Shown: piece after piece, positions 1-13,712 of the stretch
Position numbering within the stretch: position 1 is the first letter of the stretch
Layout: each line of letters starts with the position of its first letter
NCBI RefSeq assembly: GCF_000008625.1
Contig: NC_000918.1
Coordinates: 630,001-662,000, forward strand
DNA length: 32,000 bases
DNA from: Aquifex aeolicus VF5
GTDB taxonomy: Bacteria > Aquificota > Aquificia > Aquificales > Aquificaceae
Direction of reading: 5' to 3'
Position numbers and translations under genes: made by a program
Notes under the pieces: generated by a model
Database searches by the model: none
The model's input: the letters and a program-made list of their open reading frames with translations, nothing else
Told to the model about the DNA's origin: nothing

Positions 1-64
1 GAAGGGGAGGTAATTTCTTATAAATGTCCACAAAAACTTAATTATATCTTAAAATTTTTAAGTT

Positions 65-421
65 ATGAAGAGAATGGCGGGAGTCCTCGGAGTAGTTCTC
101 GGAGTCTTTGCCCTTTTCGGAAGCGGGAAGAGCGTAGATTACGGAGACTGGTGTCCCAAAGGAAAAAGCCTCGGGAAAGACATTTACGTTGAAGGTATAG
201 TTGACTACGAAGGTAAGAACTGGTGTAAAGTTGTAGTAAGAACACCTTACTCAGTCACCGAAGTTTATTACACACCCGATGGCTCCGGAGAGAAGGTTGT
301 AAAGTACAAGAACGGAAAAAAGATGGCTGAGATAGAGCTCGTGGAAAATCAGGTTTACCTGAGACTTTACGACAAAAATGGAAAAGTTGTTGAGGAGATA
401 AAGTCGAGGGAAGAGTTTTAG
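65..421 (+). CDS. small exported protein of unknown function (118 aa, N-terminal signal-like segment)
   Basis: ORF with N-terminus MKRMAGVLGVVLGVFALFGSG (basic then hydrophobic), followed by a soluble domain; sits directly upstream of ispE on the same strand. Confidence 0.6.
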   Translation: MKRMAGVLGVVLGVFALFGSGKSVDYGDWCPKGKSLGKDIYVEGIVDYEGKNWCKVVVRTPYSVTEVYYTPDGSGEKVVKYKNGKKMAEIELVENQVYLRLYDKNGKVVEEIKSREEF

Positions 422-428
422 AATGTAA

Positions 429-1238
<810 letters not shown>

Positions 1239-1271
1239 ACCTTTGATAAGATAACTCTAAAGGAGGAGATT

Positions 1272-1529
1272 ATGGAAGAACAAAGATTTGTAGCAGTTCC
1301 TTTTGCGCTGGTGGGCTTTTTCGTAACAGACAGGGACGTTGAAGAGAGCATAAGGACGGACATGACTCCCGAGGAACTGGAAAAGCTTCAGGAACTCCTC
1401 GCAAGGTTCTTGTTTAAGGAAGGCGTCAGAGTGGCTATTTACCCTTCGGTGGTACCCCCTGAGCAAGCCTCAGAAGCCGTTAAGGAACTTGAACAATTAA
1501 TCTTCGGTGAGGAAGAGGGAGAAAAATGA
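1272..1529 (+). CDS. conserved small hypothetical protein (85 aa)
   Basis: Open frame between ispE and dapB on the same strand, overlapping the dapB start by 4 nt (1526-1529), typical of a translated operon gene. Confidence 0.6.
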   Translation: MEEQRFVAVPFALVGFFVTDRDVEESIRTDMTPEELEKLQELLARFLFKEGVRVAIYPSVVPPEQASEAVKELEQLIFGEEEGEK

Positions 1530-2323
1530 GCGTCAGGGTGGTAGTTTGTGGTGCCCTCGGTAGGATGGGAAGGAGGATAATAGAACTTGCACTTCAGGAT
1601 AAAGATGTGGAAGTAGTCGGAGGAGTTGAACATCCGGACTGCGTACCTTCAATAGATCTGGGAGAAGCCCTTGGAAAGGAAGAACTGAAAGGAAAACCTC
1701 TAACGAGCAGACTCGAAGAACTCCTTCCCTACACGGATGTGGTTATAGAGTTTTCGGGAAATCCCACCGCGGCTGTAGGGCACGCGGAGTTAACCACCCT
1801 TGAAAAGAAGGCGATAGTTATAGGAACTACTGGATTTACGAAACAGGAAATTGAACAGATAAAGGAGTTTTCAAAAAACGCTCCCGTTTTACTCTCACCC
1901 AATATGAGTTTGGGAGTAAACCTCCTCTTCAAACTCGCAGAAATCGCTGCAAAGGTTTTGAAAGACAAAAACTTTGACGCGGAAATAATGGAAATACACC
2001 ACAGGTTTAAGAAGGACGCTCCGAGCGGAACGGCTATGAAACTCGCCGAAATACTCTCCGAAACTCTTGAGAAGAAGAACTTGGTTTTCGGTAGAAAGGG
2101 AGAAGCTCCCAGAAAAGAGGACGAGATAGGCGTTATGGCTCTAAGGGGTGGAGACGTGGTAGGAGATCACACCGTTTACTTCTTAGGATTTGGTGAGAGG
2201 ATAGAGCTCACCCACAGGGCGACGTCCAGAGATACCTTTGCAAAAGGTGCCGTTGAAGCGGCAAAGTGGATTAAGGGGAAAGAACCCGGATTTTACACGA
2301 TGTTTGACGTGCTCGGGCTCTGA
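1526..2323 (+). CDS. dapB: 4-hydroxy-tetrahydrodipicolinate reductase
   Basis: N-terminal Rossmann [14 protein letters not shown]; [23 protein letters not shown] signature of DapB. Confidence 0.95.
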
Positions 2324-3519
2324 GCCCTCTTTATATGCTTCACGTAAACGAGAACACCTTTACTTATGTTGTACAAAAAGTAAAGAGAACTTATAAGGAA
2401 GAAAGTGGGAGGGAGAAAGTAAAGCTTAAAAATCAAAAAGATTAAGGAGAATATAGAAATTATGTGAAGGTAAAAGTTATTCCACATCTTTTTCTGAGGG
2501 ATTACCTCAAACATCGTGGGGGCTTTGGGTACGCCTTTTGTAGAAAGGTGCATCCACACCAGAAATGGGATAATCCTGTACATCATTGCCATAATAACGC
2601 TTAAAACAAACATTCCAAAGGAAATTAGGAAAAGGTAGAAGAGATTTTCTCTGAACGGGAATAAAACACACGAAATTATCAAAAAGGTCATAGATACGTA
2701 CCAGAGACTGATGAGCGGGTCCTTTATCTTTCTCTTTCTCCGGAGGAGTAGTTTAATCGTAAAGAAGGCGTAAATTGTAAAAATCAGAGATATAAAAACG
2801 TCTATTAAGGAAAAGTTAGGTAAAAATACTTTCAAAACCAGTAAAGTAAAAACTGTTTTGGGAAGGTAAGAGGATATAAACTTGGGATAAGGTGGGGTTA
2901 CGAAAAACATTTCTATAACTTGAAAGGAAACGCTTGCAACTAGAGTTGCAGTCCATCCAAAGAGCATAAAACTCATGTGAAGGTCAAATAAATACTTGTG
3001 GTTTAAGTTTATAAAACCGAATAAATTCAGCACTAAGAACGTTGCAAGAATAATGCCTGCTGTGAAGGAGCCAAGGGCAAACCTGAAGCCTCTCGGAGCA
3101 TCTCTTAAGTTCTTTATCCTTAAAAGTTTATATAGCATAAGGGAAGATATGTAGAGGAGGGAAATGAGTAAAAAGAAAAGTCCGAGAAGAGCAACTTTAT
3201 TGAAAGAATAAAGACCGTAAACCAGAAATAAGGTTCCGAGGGTGAGCCCGATGTGTACAAAGGTTGCCTTTTTCAGGGGATCTTCTATTACCGCACCCGC
3301 CACCACGGGAAGCATCTGAAAGAGAGCTCCTATCATTGTGCTCGCCATGAATCCTAGGGTGAACACGTGAACGGAAGGAGTTAAGTAAAACTCCTTGTTA
3401 AAAGCCTGATAAAGCAGAAACAGGAATTCTAAGTTCAGAAAAATCAAAGCAGTTATGAAGAACCTCGCGATTATGCTGAAAGGGGGCAGGTAAAGAAGGT
3501 TTAGTCCTCCCGGGCTCAT
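2293..3519 (-). CDS. polytopic membrane protein, NnrS-like / heme-copper-oxidase-subunit-I-like
   Basis: 408 aa with many hydrophobic segments and conserved-looking His in TM contexts ([25 protein letters not shown]; [12 protein letters not shown]); 4-nt overlap with upstream hemerythrin gene. Start may be internal. Confidence 0.55.
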
Positions 3520-3950
3520 ACTTCTCCAAGCTCTGCCATTTTACTGACCATCTTTTCCGCGTTGAGGTTCTGATCGGACATGGGGTAGAGTATCTGTTCC
3601 TCCTTCATGTTGTGTTGCTGGATAAGTATCATCAAAGACTCACCGAGGGAGAGGAATTCATCCTTGTTCTTTTCCTCCAGAGCCTTTTCCATCCTCTCGA
3701 GCAGTTCCCTTGCCTGATCGTGCTCCATCCTCATTACCTGAGTTGGGCCCATCACTATACCTGTTCTTTGTTCAAACTCGGGAAATAAAACTTCCTCTTC
3801 CTTTTTAAAGTGAAGTAAGGTTTTTTCCTTGAACTCTTTAAAGAGTTCCTTTGCCTTTTCCCAGTTTCCTTCGTTTACAGCCTTTTCCACTTCCGCGTAA
3901 ATCTGGTCGCACTTCCTGTGTTCTTCCGTGAGGTACTGAGTTATACTCAT
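3516..3950 (-). CDS. hemerythrin HHE cation-binding domain protein
   Basis: Hemerythrin-type His/Glu pattern: EEHRKC...[16 protein letters not shown]...MEHDQA...[12 protein letters not shown]. Start placed at internal Met ([11 protein letters not shown]). Confidence 0.85.
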
Positions 3951-4027
3951 TTTGCACCTCCGTGAGTAAGTATTCATTTATTAATATACATCTAAAAAGA
4001 AGATTTAAAAGGTTAGAATATTTATCC

Positions 4028-4441
4028 ATGGAAAAGACGGTAACCTTTCTACTCAATCCTCTCAAAAACAACAAGGTATGGGCTGTACTGATGCCGGACG
4101 GTGAGCTAATGGACGATATAGTTTCGGTAAAAAGGGCTCAAACGTGTATGGAAGAAAACGAACAGATCTGGGTAAACCCCTTCGGCGGTGCCTACATGTG
4201 GGACACGAAAGTGAGCGAACCCTACGAAGCCGAGTTCGTTTTATTCAAAAAAGAAGCCGTTCAATACATGTGCATCTTCAACTTGCACGAGGCTGACCTT
4301 CAGTACATAGATTACTCACCTATAAGCGGTGAACTTCTGTTTGATGAGGAAGAGTTAAAGAAGAAGTTGGACGAGAAAACGCTTAATGAGTTCAAGATAT
4401 TTATGAACGAACTCTGGGGCTACATAAAGGAAGTCTCTTAA
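4028..4441 (+). CDS. hypothetical protein (about 137 aa from MEKTVTFLLNP)
   Basis: ORF; the ATG at 4028 is more plausible than the track start at 3962, which runs through the divergent promoter region. Confidence 0.55.
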   Translation: MEKTVTFLLNPLKNNKVWAVLMPDGELMDDIVSVKRAQTCMEENEQIWVNPFGGAYMWDTKVSEPYEAEFVLFKKEAVQYMCIFNLHEADLQYIDYSPISGELLFDEEELKKKLDEKTLNEFKIFMNELWGYIKEVS

Positions 4442-4734
4442 TCCTCACTCTCTATCACTATTTCGTCGCAGTCTTCTTTTTCTATTACCAACTGACAGGT
4501 GAGTCTCTGGTCTTCGTCTACCGCCCCCACTCTCCAGAGGGTTTCCTCTTCTTCCTCCGAAGGCTCGTTTAAACACTCCATTCCCTTTATAACCCTTGCA
4601 ACGCAAACACCGCACTGACCGTCCGTACAACCGAACTCTATGCCTGCCTTTTCAATTTCGTGACTGAGCTCACCGAACCTCACACCTTTGGGTATGTCAA
4701 ACTCTTTTCCGTTGATAATTACCTTCATACTCAA
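4438..4734 (-). CDS. [2Fe-2S] ferredoxin, plant-type
   Basis: Cys motif C-x4-C-x2-C plus distal Cys: EFGCTDGQCGVCVARV...QRLTCQL. Confidence 0.9.
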   Translation of the reverse strand: MSMKVIINGKEFDIPKGVRFGELSHEIEKAGIEFGCTDGQCGVCVARVIKGMECLNEPSEEEEETLWRVGAVDEDQRLTCQLVIEKEDCDEIVIESED

Positions 4735-4778
4735 GTATTCTAAGCAAAAGCTTTATAACGTTCACTGATTTTCGTTCA

Positions 4779-6164
4779 TCATTCTAGCAGGGCTTCCACG
4801 TAGGCGTCAGCGTCAAAGGGCTGAAGATCGTCAATCCCCTCACCAACACCGACGAGCTTTATTGGGATTTTGAGCTCCCTGCAAATTGCCACTACAGCAC
4901 CGCCTTTTGCACTCCCGTCTAGCTTGGTGACCACTATTCCCGTTATGTCAACAGCTTCCTTAAAGACTTTCGCCTGTTGAATTGCGTTCTGTCCCGTAGT
5001 TGCGTCTATAACGAGCAGGGTCTCGGAAGGCTCCTCTTTGTCAAACTTCTGTATTACTTTCTTTATCTTCCTGAGTTCGTTAATTAAAGGCTCTTTTGTG
5101 TGGAGTCTTCCCGCGGTGTCCACGAGAACCACCTCGTAGCCTTCTTCTTTCGCCTTTTTCATACCTTCGTAAACCACAGCTCCAGGATCGGAACCCTCTT
5201 CCTTCTTTACTATGTCCACTCCTGCCCTCTTCGCCCAGACTTCTAGCTGTTCTATAGCCGCCGCCCTGAAGGTGTCTCCCGCAACGAGGAGGACTTTTTT
5301 ACCTTTCTGTTTTAATTGATGGGCAAGTTTCCCTATTGTCGTGGTTTTACCCGAGCCGTTCACTCCCACGAAGAGTAAAACCGCCCCTACCTTTTCGGGT
5401 ATTTTTAACTCTCCCTGACAGTTTTTCAGGAGTTCCTTTAACTCCTTTTTGAGGAGCTCTTTTATCTTTTCCCCTTCTTTTATATTCTTCCTTATGGCTT
5501 CCTTTCTGAGTTTTTCTGTTAATTCTACCGCTGTTTTCACGCCTACGTCCGCTTTGACGAGCATTTCTTCAAGCTCTTCAAAGAACTCCTCGTCTACTTT
5601 CCTTCCCCTGAAGAGAACTCCAAACTCTACCGCTTCCTTCGTCTTCTGGAGACCTCTCCTTAACTTGTCAAGTATTGATTCCTTCTTTTCTTCTATGAGA
5701 CCGAGTTCCTTTTTAAGCTGTGTTATGAAGTTTTCAAGTTCCTCCTTTTTCTCGTAGGGAACTAGCTTTTCCGCTCTCTGGGCGTACTCAAGGGCTTTAT
5801 CTGGTTTTTCTAGCTGGTGGTAAATCTTTGCCACGTTGTAAAGACTCTCAAAGTCTCCAACCTTTAAAAATTCTTCTATCGCCTTCTGGTACTCACCTAC
5901 CGCTTGATAAACCTTTGCCCTTTCCTTTGCCTTTCCAATTTTGTCTCCGTACTTTTTGAGAAGGGGGTAAGCCTGTACGAGTTTCCCCTCCTGAACGTAA
6001 AGTTCAAAGAGAAGTTCCGCAAGGTCCTCTCTCTGGGAAGCGTACTTCTTTAAAATCTTCTCCGCTTTTTCTTTCTTTCCCTGTTTTATGAGTTCGAGGA
6101 TTGCGTTTTTATCCCCTTTTTCCGCCTTTTTCTCTACGTCTGACTTTCTCCAGAAGAAAACCAT
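4779..6164 (-). CDS. ftsY: signal recognition particle receptor FtsY with N-terminal TPR-like extension
   Basis: SRP GTPase motifs: VGVNGSGKTTTIGKLA, VLLVAGDTFRAAAIEQL, VLVDTAGRLHT, ITGIVVTKLDGSAKGGAVVAI. The N-terminal ~150 aa is helical with TPR-like periodicity. Confidence 0.95.
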   Translation of the reverse strand: MVFFWRKSDVEKKAEKGDKNAILELIKQGKKEKAEKILKKYASQREDLAELLFELYVQEGKLVQAYPLLKKYGDKIGKAKERAKVYQAVGEYQKAIEEFLKVGDFESLYNVAKIYHQLEKPDKALEYAQRAEKLVPYEKKEELENFITQLKKELGLIEEKKESILDKLRRGLQKTKEAVEFGVLFRGRKVDEEFFEELEEMLVKADVGVKTAVELTEKLRKEAIRKNIKEGEKIKELLKKELKELLKNCQGELKIPEKVGAVLLFVGVNGSGKTTTIGKLAHQLKQKGKKVLLVAGDTFRAAAIEQLEVWAKRAGVDIVKKEEGSDPGAVVYEGMKKAKEEGYEVVLVDTAGRLHTKEPLINELRKIKKVIQKFDKEEPSETLLVIDATTGQNAIQQAKVFKEAVDITGIVVTKLDGSAKGGAVVAICRELKIPIKLVGVGEGIDDLQPFDADAYVEALLE

Positions 6165-6197
6165 ACTGTATTAATTTAAACAAAGATTTTAAGTCGC

Positions 6198-7814
6198 TTA
6201 ACGCCTTTCTCTTTTCAAGTGGTAGTAGGGCTCTATAGTTTGTATCCTCGGGTCCTCCACAGCCTTTCCGAAGGTAAAGTGGTACAGATCCTGAAAGGTT
6301 TTATCGCTTATTCCAAGAACTTCGTGCATTGCGTCGTCAAAAAAGCACCCTATTCCCGTGCCGTTGAGGTTGTGAGCAGTAGCCTCGAGATACAAAACCT
6401 GACCTATTAAGCCTGCCTCCCAGTGTAAATTCCTGTAAAACCAAGGCTCTTCTCTTAAAACTGGCTCAAACAAAGATATCATCCCGAGGGAAAAAGCACT
6501 GTCGCTCGCTATGTCCTGAGCACACGCGACAAAGCCCGCAACTTCCCTGAAATCTCCCGTCTTTAGCAGGTACAGGGGGAAGTCCTCAAAAACCTTTTCC
6601 CAGAGGAATTCGGAAGAGGTTATCTCTTTTAAATCTTTTAAAAGCTCTTCATTTCTCACAAAGCAGTAAAGTCCCTTCGGGAGGTTCTCAACCCTGTTGA
6701 CGAATATAAAGAGATTCACAAAAGGAAGTCCTATTTCAACGTCAAAGGGGGAGTAATTGTCCCTTGGCAAGGTTTTATCAAGGGCGTGTATAAACAGTTC
6801 CCTCAATATGTAAGTCTTTCCGTCGTAAGCCATACCGCTCCTTCTCTTTCTAATGACCTCTTCTGCGGACATGTATGAGGGAACCAGGTTCAGGATGGGA
6901 GGGTTTCCGTAGATTACCCTGAACTCCTCCGTTCTCGGTTTTTCGGTCTCCTTTATAGCCCTGTAAATTATCTCCCAGATGACCCTTTCCTTACTCAGAA
7001 CGTTAGGCCTTCCGTAGAAGTTCAGCTTCTTAAACTCGTTGATTATGCTTTCGGGGATTGTCCTCGGAACGTCCTGTACTTCCTTCGGGAATACAAATAA
7101 GGCAAGTTCTGGAAACTCCTCTTCCCCTTCTACCCACTGAACCCTATCAAATCCCAGCAGAATTTCCAAATCTTTATCCGAGAGGGCGTTTAAGTATTTA
7201 ACTTTCCAACCTTTTAAGTTGGCAGAAAACCTCACGCTACCTATTGCGTGCCCCGTGTCAAGGAGGCAGTACCTGTATGCCCTCTCCCCGTACTTCCAGG
7301 ATTCCCTCCAGGGGATACTCGTGAGGATTAATATAAAACCTTCTGTCCCGAAAAAGTCCTTAATTTTTTGGGAAAGCTCGTAAGGGATATCCGCCCTCTT
7401 CTCAAGGGCGTGAAGGAAAGGATTGTAGTGAAAAACTCCCTGAAGACCTCCGAGGTGAGGTATTATTACGTAGCACTCCGTGGGGTGAAGGTTTCCGCTA
7501 GAGGGGTTCATCCTCACTGACCAGCGAGAGCCCGGTATAGCCTTCCAGGCGGAAAGCCCGAGGGCAAGCTCTAAAAACTTACTCAAGCTCTTTACGTTAA
7601 ACTCTTCCGTGTTTACGAGTCCGTAGTCGTAGAGAGCCTCATACGGGTGGGAAGGATCCTTAAGGAGCGGGAGATCTAGTCTTTCCGTCCCCTCCCAGAA
7701 CCTGAAGGGATTGGGCTGATTTTCCCAGTCCAGATATCCCAGCGAGCGTGCAAACCTGTAAGGGTAGTGCTTTGTCTCCGAGTGATAAAAGAGAACCTCC
7801 CTGAAGTCTCCCAC
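6198..7814 (-). CDS. SagB-type nitroreductase-family protein with two tandem domains
   Basis: 538 aa: N-terminal YHSETKHYPYRFARSLGYLDWENQPNPFR and SVRMNPSSGNLHPTECYVI; C-terminal half carries a second nitroreductase-like region (AEEVIRKRRSGMAYD...FVACAQDIASDSAFSLG...HWEAGLIGQVLYLEATAHNLNGTGIGCF). GTG start. Confidence 0.8.
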   Translation of the reverse strand: MGDFREVLFYHSETKHYPYRFARSLGYLDWENQPNPFRFWEGTERLDLPLLKDPSHPYEALYDYGLVNTEEFNVKSLSKFLELALGLSAWKAIPGSRWSVRMNPSSGNLHPTECYVIIPHLGGLQGVFHYNPFLHALEKRADIPYELSQKIKDFFGTEGFILILTSIPWRESWKYGERAYRYCLLDTGHAIGSVRFSANLKGWKVKYLNALSDKDLEILLGFDRVQWVEGEEEFPELALFVFPKEVQDVPRTIPESIINEFKKLNFYGRPNVLSKERVIWEIIYRAIKETEKPRTEEFRVIYGNPPILNLVPSYMSAEEVIRKRRSGMAYDGKTYILRELFIHALDKTLPRDNYSPFDVEIGLPFVNLFIFVNRVENLPKGLYCFVRNEELLKDLKEITSSEFLWEKVFEDFPLYLLKTGDFREVAGFVACAQDIASDSAFSLGMISLFEPVLREEPWFYRNLHWEAGLIGQVLYLEATAHNLNGTGIGCFFDDAMHEVLGISDKTFQDLYHFTFGKAVEDPRIQTIEPYYHLKRERR

Positions 7815-7840
7815 ACCTACAAGTATAAAATAAAGTTCCT

Positions 7841-11095
<3,255 letters not shown>

Positions 11096-11140
11096 TTTCT
11101 TAATAATACTTGAAGGTAGGAACGGTTAAACTAATTTTCC

Positions 11141-11731
11141 ATGGAATTCGTAGTAAAGGAAACGGACGGAGATACTCTATACAAGTTAGTACTCGGACTA
11201 GTTGTTCCAAGACCTATAGGATGGGTTTCCACGATCAGCAAGGACGGAATACTGAATATAGCTCCTTTTAGTTTCTTCAACGTCGTAAACGACGAACCGC
11301 CCGTTTTAATGATATCGGTGAGCAACAGGGACGACAACACTTTAAAAGACACAGTAAAGAACGTACTTGACACAAAAGAATTCGTTGTAAACATGGTGAG
11401 CGAAGAAGTATTTGAGAAAATGCTGATCACGGGAGAGGAATTTCCGCCCGAAGTAAACGAGTTTGAAAAGGCAGGCTTAACACCAGAAACTTCAAAATTC
11501 GTAAAAGCTCCAAGAATTAAAGAAGCAAAAGTCTCTTTTGAGTGCAAACTTTATAAGTACGTCCCCGTTTACGATATGCACGTGATATTTGGGGAAGCTC
11601 TTTTAATAAAAGTAGAAGATACAATTCTCGACGAAAACTTAAACGTCAATTATGAAAAGTACAGACCAATAGGAAGGCTCGGGGGGAAGTACTATGTTAA
11701 AGCTTTTGGAGAATGTAAGTTGAAGGTATAA
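11141..11731 (+). CDS. flavin reductase-like / flavoredoxin-type FMN-binding protein
   Basis: VVPRPIGWVSTISKDGILNIAPFSFFNVVNDEPPVLMIS signature. Confidence 0.85.
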   Translation: MEFVVKETDGDTLYKLVLGLVVPRPIGWVSTISKDGILNIAPFSFFNVVNDEPPVLMISVSNRDDNTLKDTVKNVLDTKEFVVNMVSEEVFEKMLITGEEFPPEVNEFEKAGLTPETSKFVKAPRIKEAKVSFECKLYKYVPVYDMHVIFGEALLIKVEDTILDENLNVNYEKYRPIGRLGGKYYVKAFGECKLKV

Positions 11732-11742
11732 TAAGCCGTATT

Positions 11743-12969
11743 ATGGCAGCGGCACCGGTAGAGGGAAATGGGGCAGGATTAGACGTCCATACTTTATTTT
11801 TGCACTTAGCTATACTCCTATTTTCCGCAAAGCTTTTCGGTTCGATATTCAGGAAACTAGGTATCCCTCCCGTCCTCGGAGAGGTCACAGCGGGTGTAAT
11901 TCTCGGTCAGAGCGTACTTGGGTTAATTCCGCTCTCGGAAGCAATAAAGGTCCTTGCGGAACTCGGTGTAATACTCCTACTCTTCGAAGTAGGTCTTGAA
12001 GCCGACATAAATATGTTAATGAGAGTGGGCCTTTGGTCCACTTTAGTCGCAATAGTTGGAGCAGCACTTCCCTTTGCGGGAGGGTTTATAGTTTCCTACT
12101 ACTTCTTCGGTCTTGATCTCGTGGCTTCACTCTTTATGGGAGGGGCACTTACCGCAACGAGCATAGGTATAACGGTAAGGGTTTTAACCGATTTGAATAA
12201 ACACAAAGAACGTTTTGCTCAGATAGTCCTCGGTGCGGCAGTTCTGGACGATATTATGGGTGTTATAATCCTCGCAGCTTTGTACGAATTTTCAAAAACG
12301 AAGGCAGTTCATTTTGACACCACGGTTAATCTGATAATACACATCTTGATGTTCTTCCTTATAGCTCCCTTCGTTGCAAACGTCTTAGCAAAACTCCTTT
12401 CCATAGCTGCGAGGAAGACTCAGGACATGGATTTAATCCCTGCTTCTATAATGGCTCTTATACTACTCGCAGCTTATTCAGCTCATAAATTCGGTTCTCC
12501 GAGTATTCTCGGTTCTTTTACCGCAGGACTTGCCCTCTCGAGGAGATTCGTAATCCCCTTTGCCGCTATGCTCCGTTTGGACGAAAAATTGCTTCACAAG
12601 GTTGAGGAGTCAATAACTCCCCTTGTATGGGTAATGGCTCCTATATTCTTCGTTTCCGTAGGACTTGCACTTAACTTAAAAGCTATAGACTTTTCCTCTC
12701 CGGAGTTCTGGACCTTTTCTTCAGCACTTATAGTAGTAGCGATAATAGGAAAAGTTCTGGCGGGTTTCGTAGCTCCGGGTTCATTGAAGGAAAAGGCAAG
12801 CATAGGCTTTTCCATGCTCCCCCGTGGAGAAGTGGGATTGATATTTGCCGAGTTCGGAAGGAGCTTTAAAGCTATAAACGAGGTAGAGTACGCAGTTATC
12901 GTTTTCGTCGTGGCTGTTACAACGTTAATAGCCCCGATAGTTCTTAAACTTCTTTTAAAAGAAGAATAG
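11743..12969 (+). CDS. monovalent cation:proton antiporter (CPA2/Kef-type)
   Basis: GIPPVLGEVTAGVILGQSVLG...EVGLEADINMLMRVG...GAVLDDIMGVIILA...MLPRGEVGLIFAEFG. Confidence 0.9.
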   Translation: MAAAPVEGNGAGLDVHTLFLHLAILLFSAKLFGSIFRKLGIPPVLGEVTAGVILGQSVLGLIPLSEAIKVLAELGVILLLFEVGLEADINMLMRVGLWSTLVAIVGAALPFAGGFIVSYYFFGLDLVASLFMGGALTATSIGITVRVLTDLNKHKERFAQIVLGAAVLDDIMGVIILAALYEFSKTKAVHFDTTVNLIIHILMFFLIAPFVANVLAKLLSIAARKTQDMDLIPASIMALILLAAYSAHKFGSPSILGSFTAGLALSRRFVIPFAAMLRLDEKLLHKVEESITPLVWVMAPIFFVSVGLALNLKAIDFSSPEFWTFSSALIVVAIIGKVLAGFVAPGSLKEKASIGFSMLPRGEVGLIFAEFGRSFKAINEVEYAVIVFVVAVTTLIAPIVLKLLLKEE

Positions 12970-12974
12970 ATGGA

Positions 12975-13181
12975 ATGGGGGCATGTTTTAACAATAATTT
13001 TTGGCACAGCAGGGTTTATAGGCTCAGTAAAAGGATAGACAGCGTTGAGAAAAGGATAGACGATTTAAAAGATGGCATAAAAGAAATAAGACAGGAATTA
13101 AAAGAAATCGCGGGTGAAGTTAAAGAACTAAAAGAACTCCTCTACAAGGTTCTGGAGGCGGAAGCTAAAAAAGAAGTTTAA
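12975..13181 (+). CDS. small coiled-coil protein (68 aa)
   Basis: Heptad-like [40 protein letters not shown]; lies between the antiporter gene and queF on the same strand. Confidence 0.45.
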   Translation: MGACFNNNFWHSRVYRLSKRIDSVEKRIDDLKDGIKEIRQELKEIAGEVKELKELLYKVLEAEAKKEV

Positions 13182-13201
13182 AAGTTCTATCTTTAATCTT
13201 T

Positions 13202-13591
13202 ATGGAGGCAAAGGAGAAGAAGTACGGAGAAATTGAGATCGAAAAGGCACAGCTCGAGGCATGGCCGAATCCAAATCCCGAAAGGGATTACATGATAGAG
13301 ATAACATTTCCTGAATTTACGTGCCTGTGTCCGCGTTCAGGTTATCCAGACTTTGCAACGATAAAAATCCGCTACATTCCCGACAAGTACATAGTTGAGT
13401 TAAAGTCCTTAAAGCTCTGGCTCAATAAGTTCAGGAACAGGTACATATCCCACGAGGCGGCTACAAACGAGATATACCAAGCCCTTTACGACCTTCTTAA
13501 ACCCAGATTCTTGGAAGTTGTGGGAGACTTTCATCCGAGGGGTAATGTGCATACCGTTGTAAGGGTAAGGAGTGATGAGAATTACGGATAA
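13202..13591 (+). CDS. queF: NADPH-dependent 7-cyano-7-deazaguanine reductase
   Basis: [52 protein letters not shown] QueF signature. Confidence 0.93.
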   Translation: MEAKEKKYGEIEIEKAQLEAWPNPNPERDYMIEITFPEFTCLCPRSGYPDFATIKIRYIPDKYIVELKSLKLWLNKFRNRYISHEAATNEIYQALYDLLKPRFLEVVGDFHPRGNVHTVVRVRSDENYG

Positions 13592-13683
13592 TGGCGGAGG
13601 GGGAGGGATTCGAACCCTCGGAGGGGTTTTAGCCCCTCTGCCGCTTAGCAAGCGGCCGCCTTCGGCCTCTCGGCCACCCCTCC
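13592..13683 (-). tRNA. tRNA-Ser (anticodon GCU), CCA encoded
   Basis: Reverse complement GGAGGGGTGGCCGAGAGGCCGAAGGCGGCCGCTTGCTAAGCGGCAGAGGGGCTAAAACCCCTCCGAGGGTTCGAATCCCTCCCCCTCCGCCA: 7-bp acceptor stem, anticodon loop TTGCTAA, long class II variable arm, T-loop TTCGAAT. Confidence 0.96.
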
Positions 13684-13712
13684 TTTACAAAACTATTTAA
13701 ATAATTATATTC

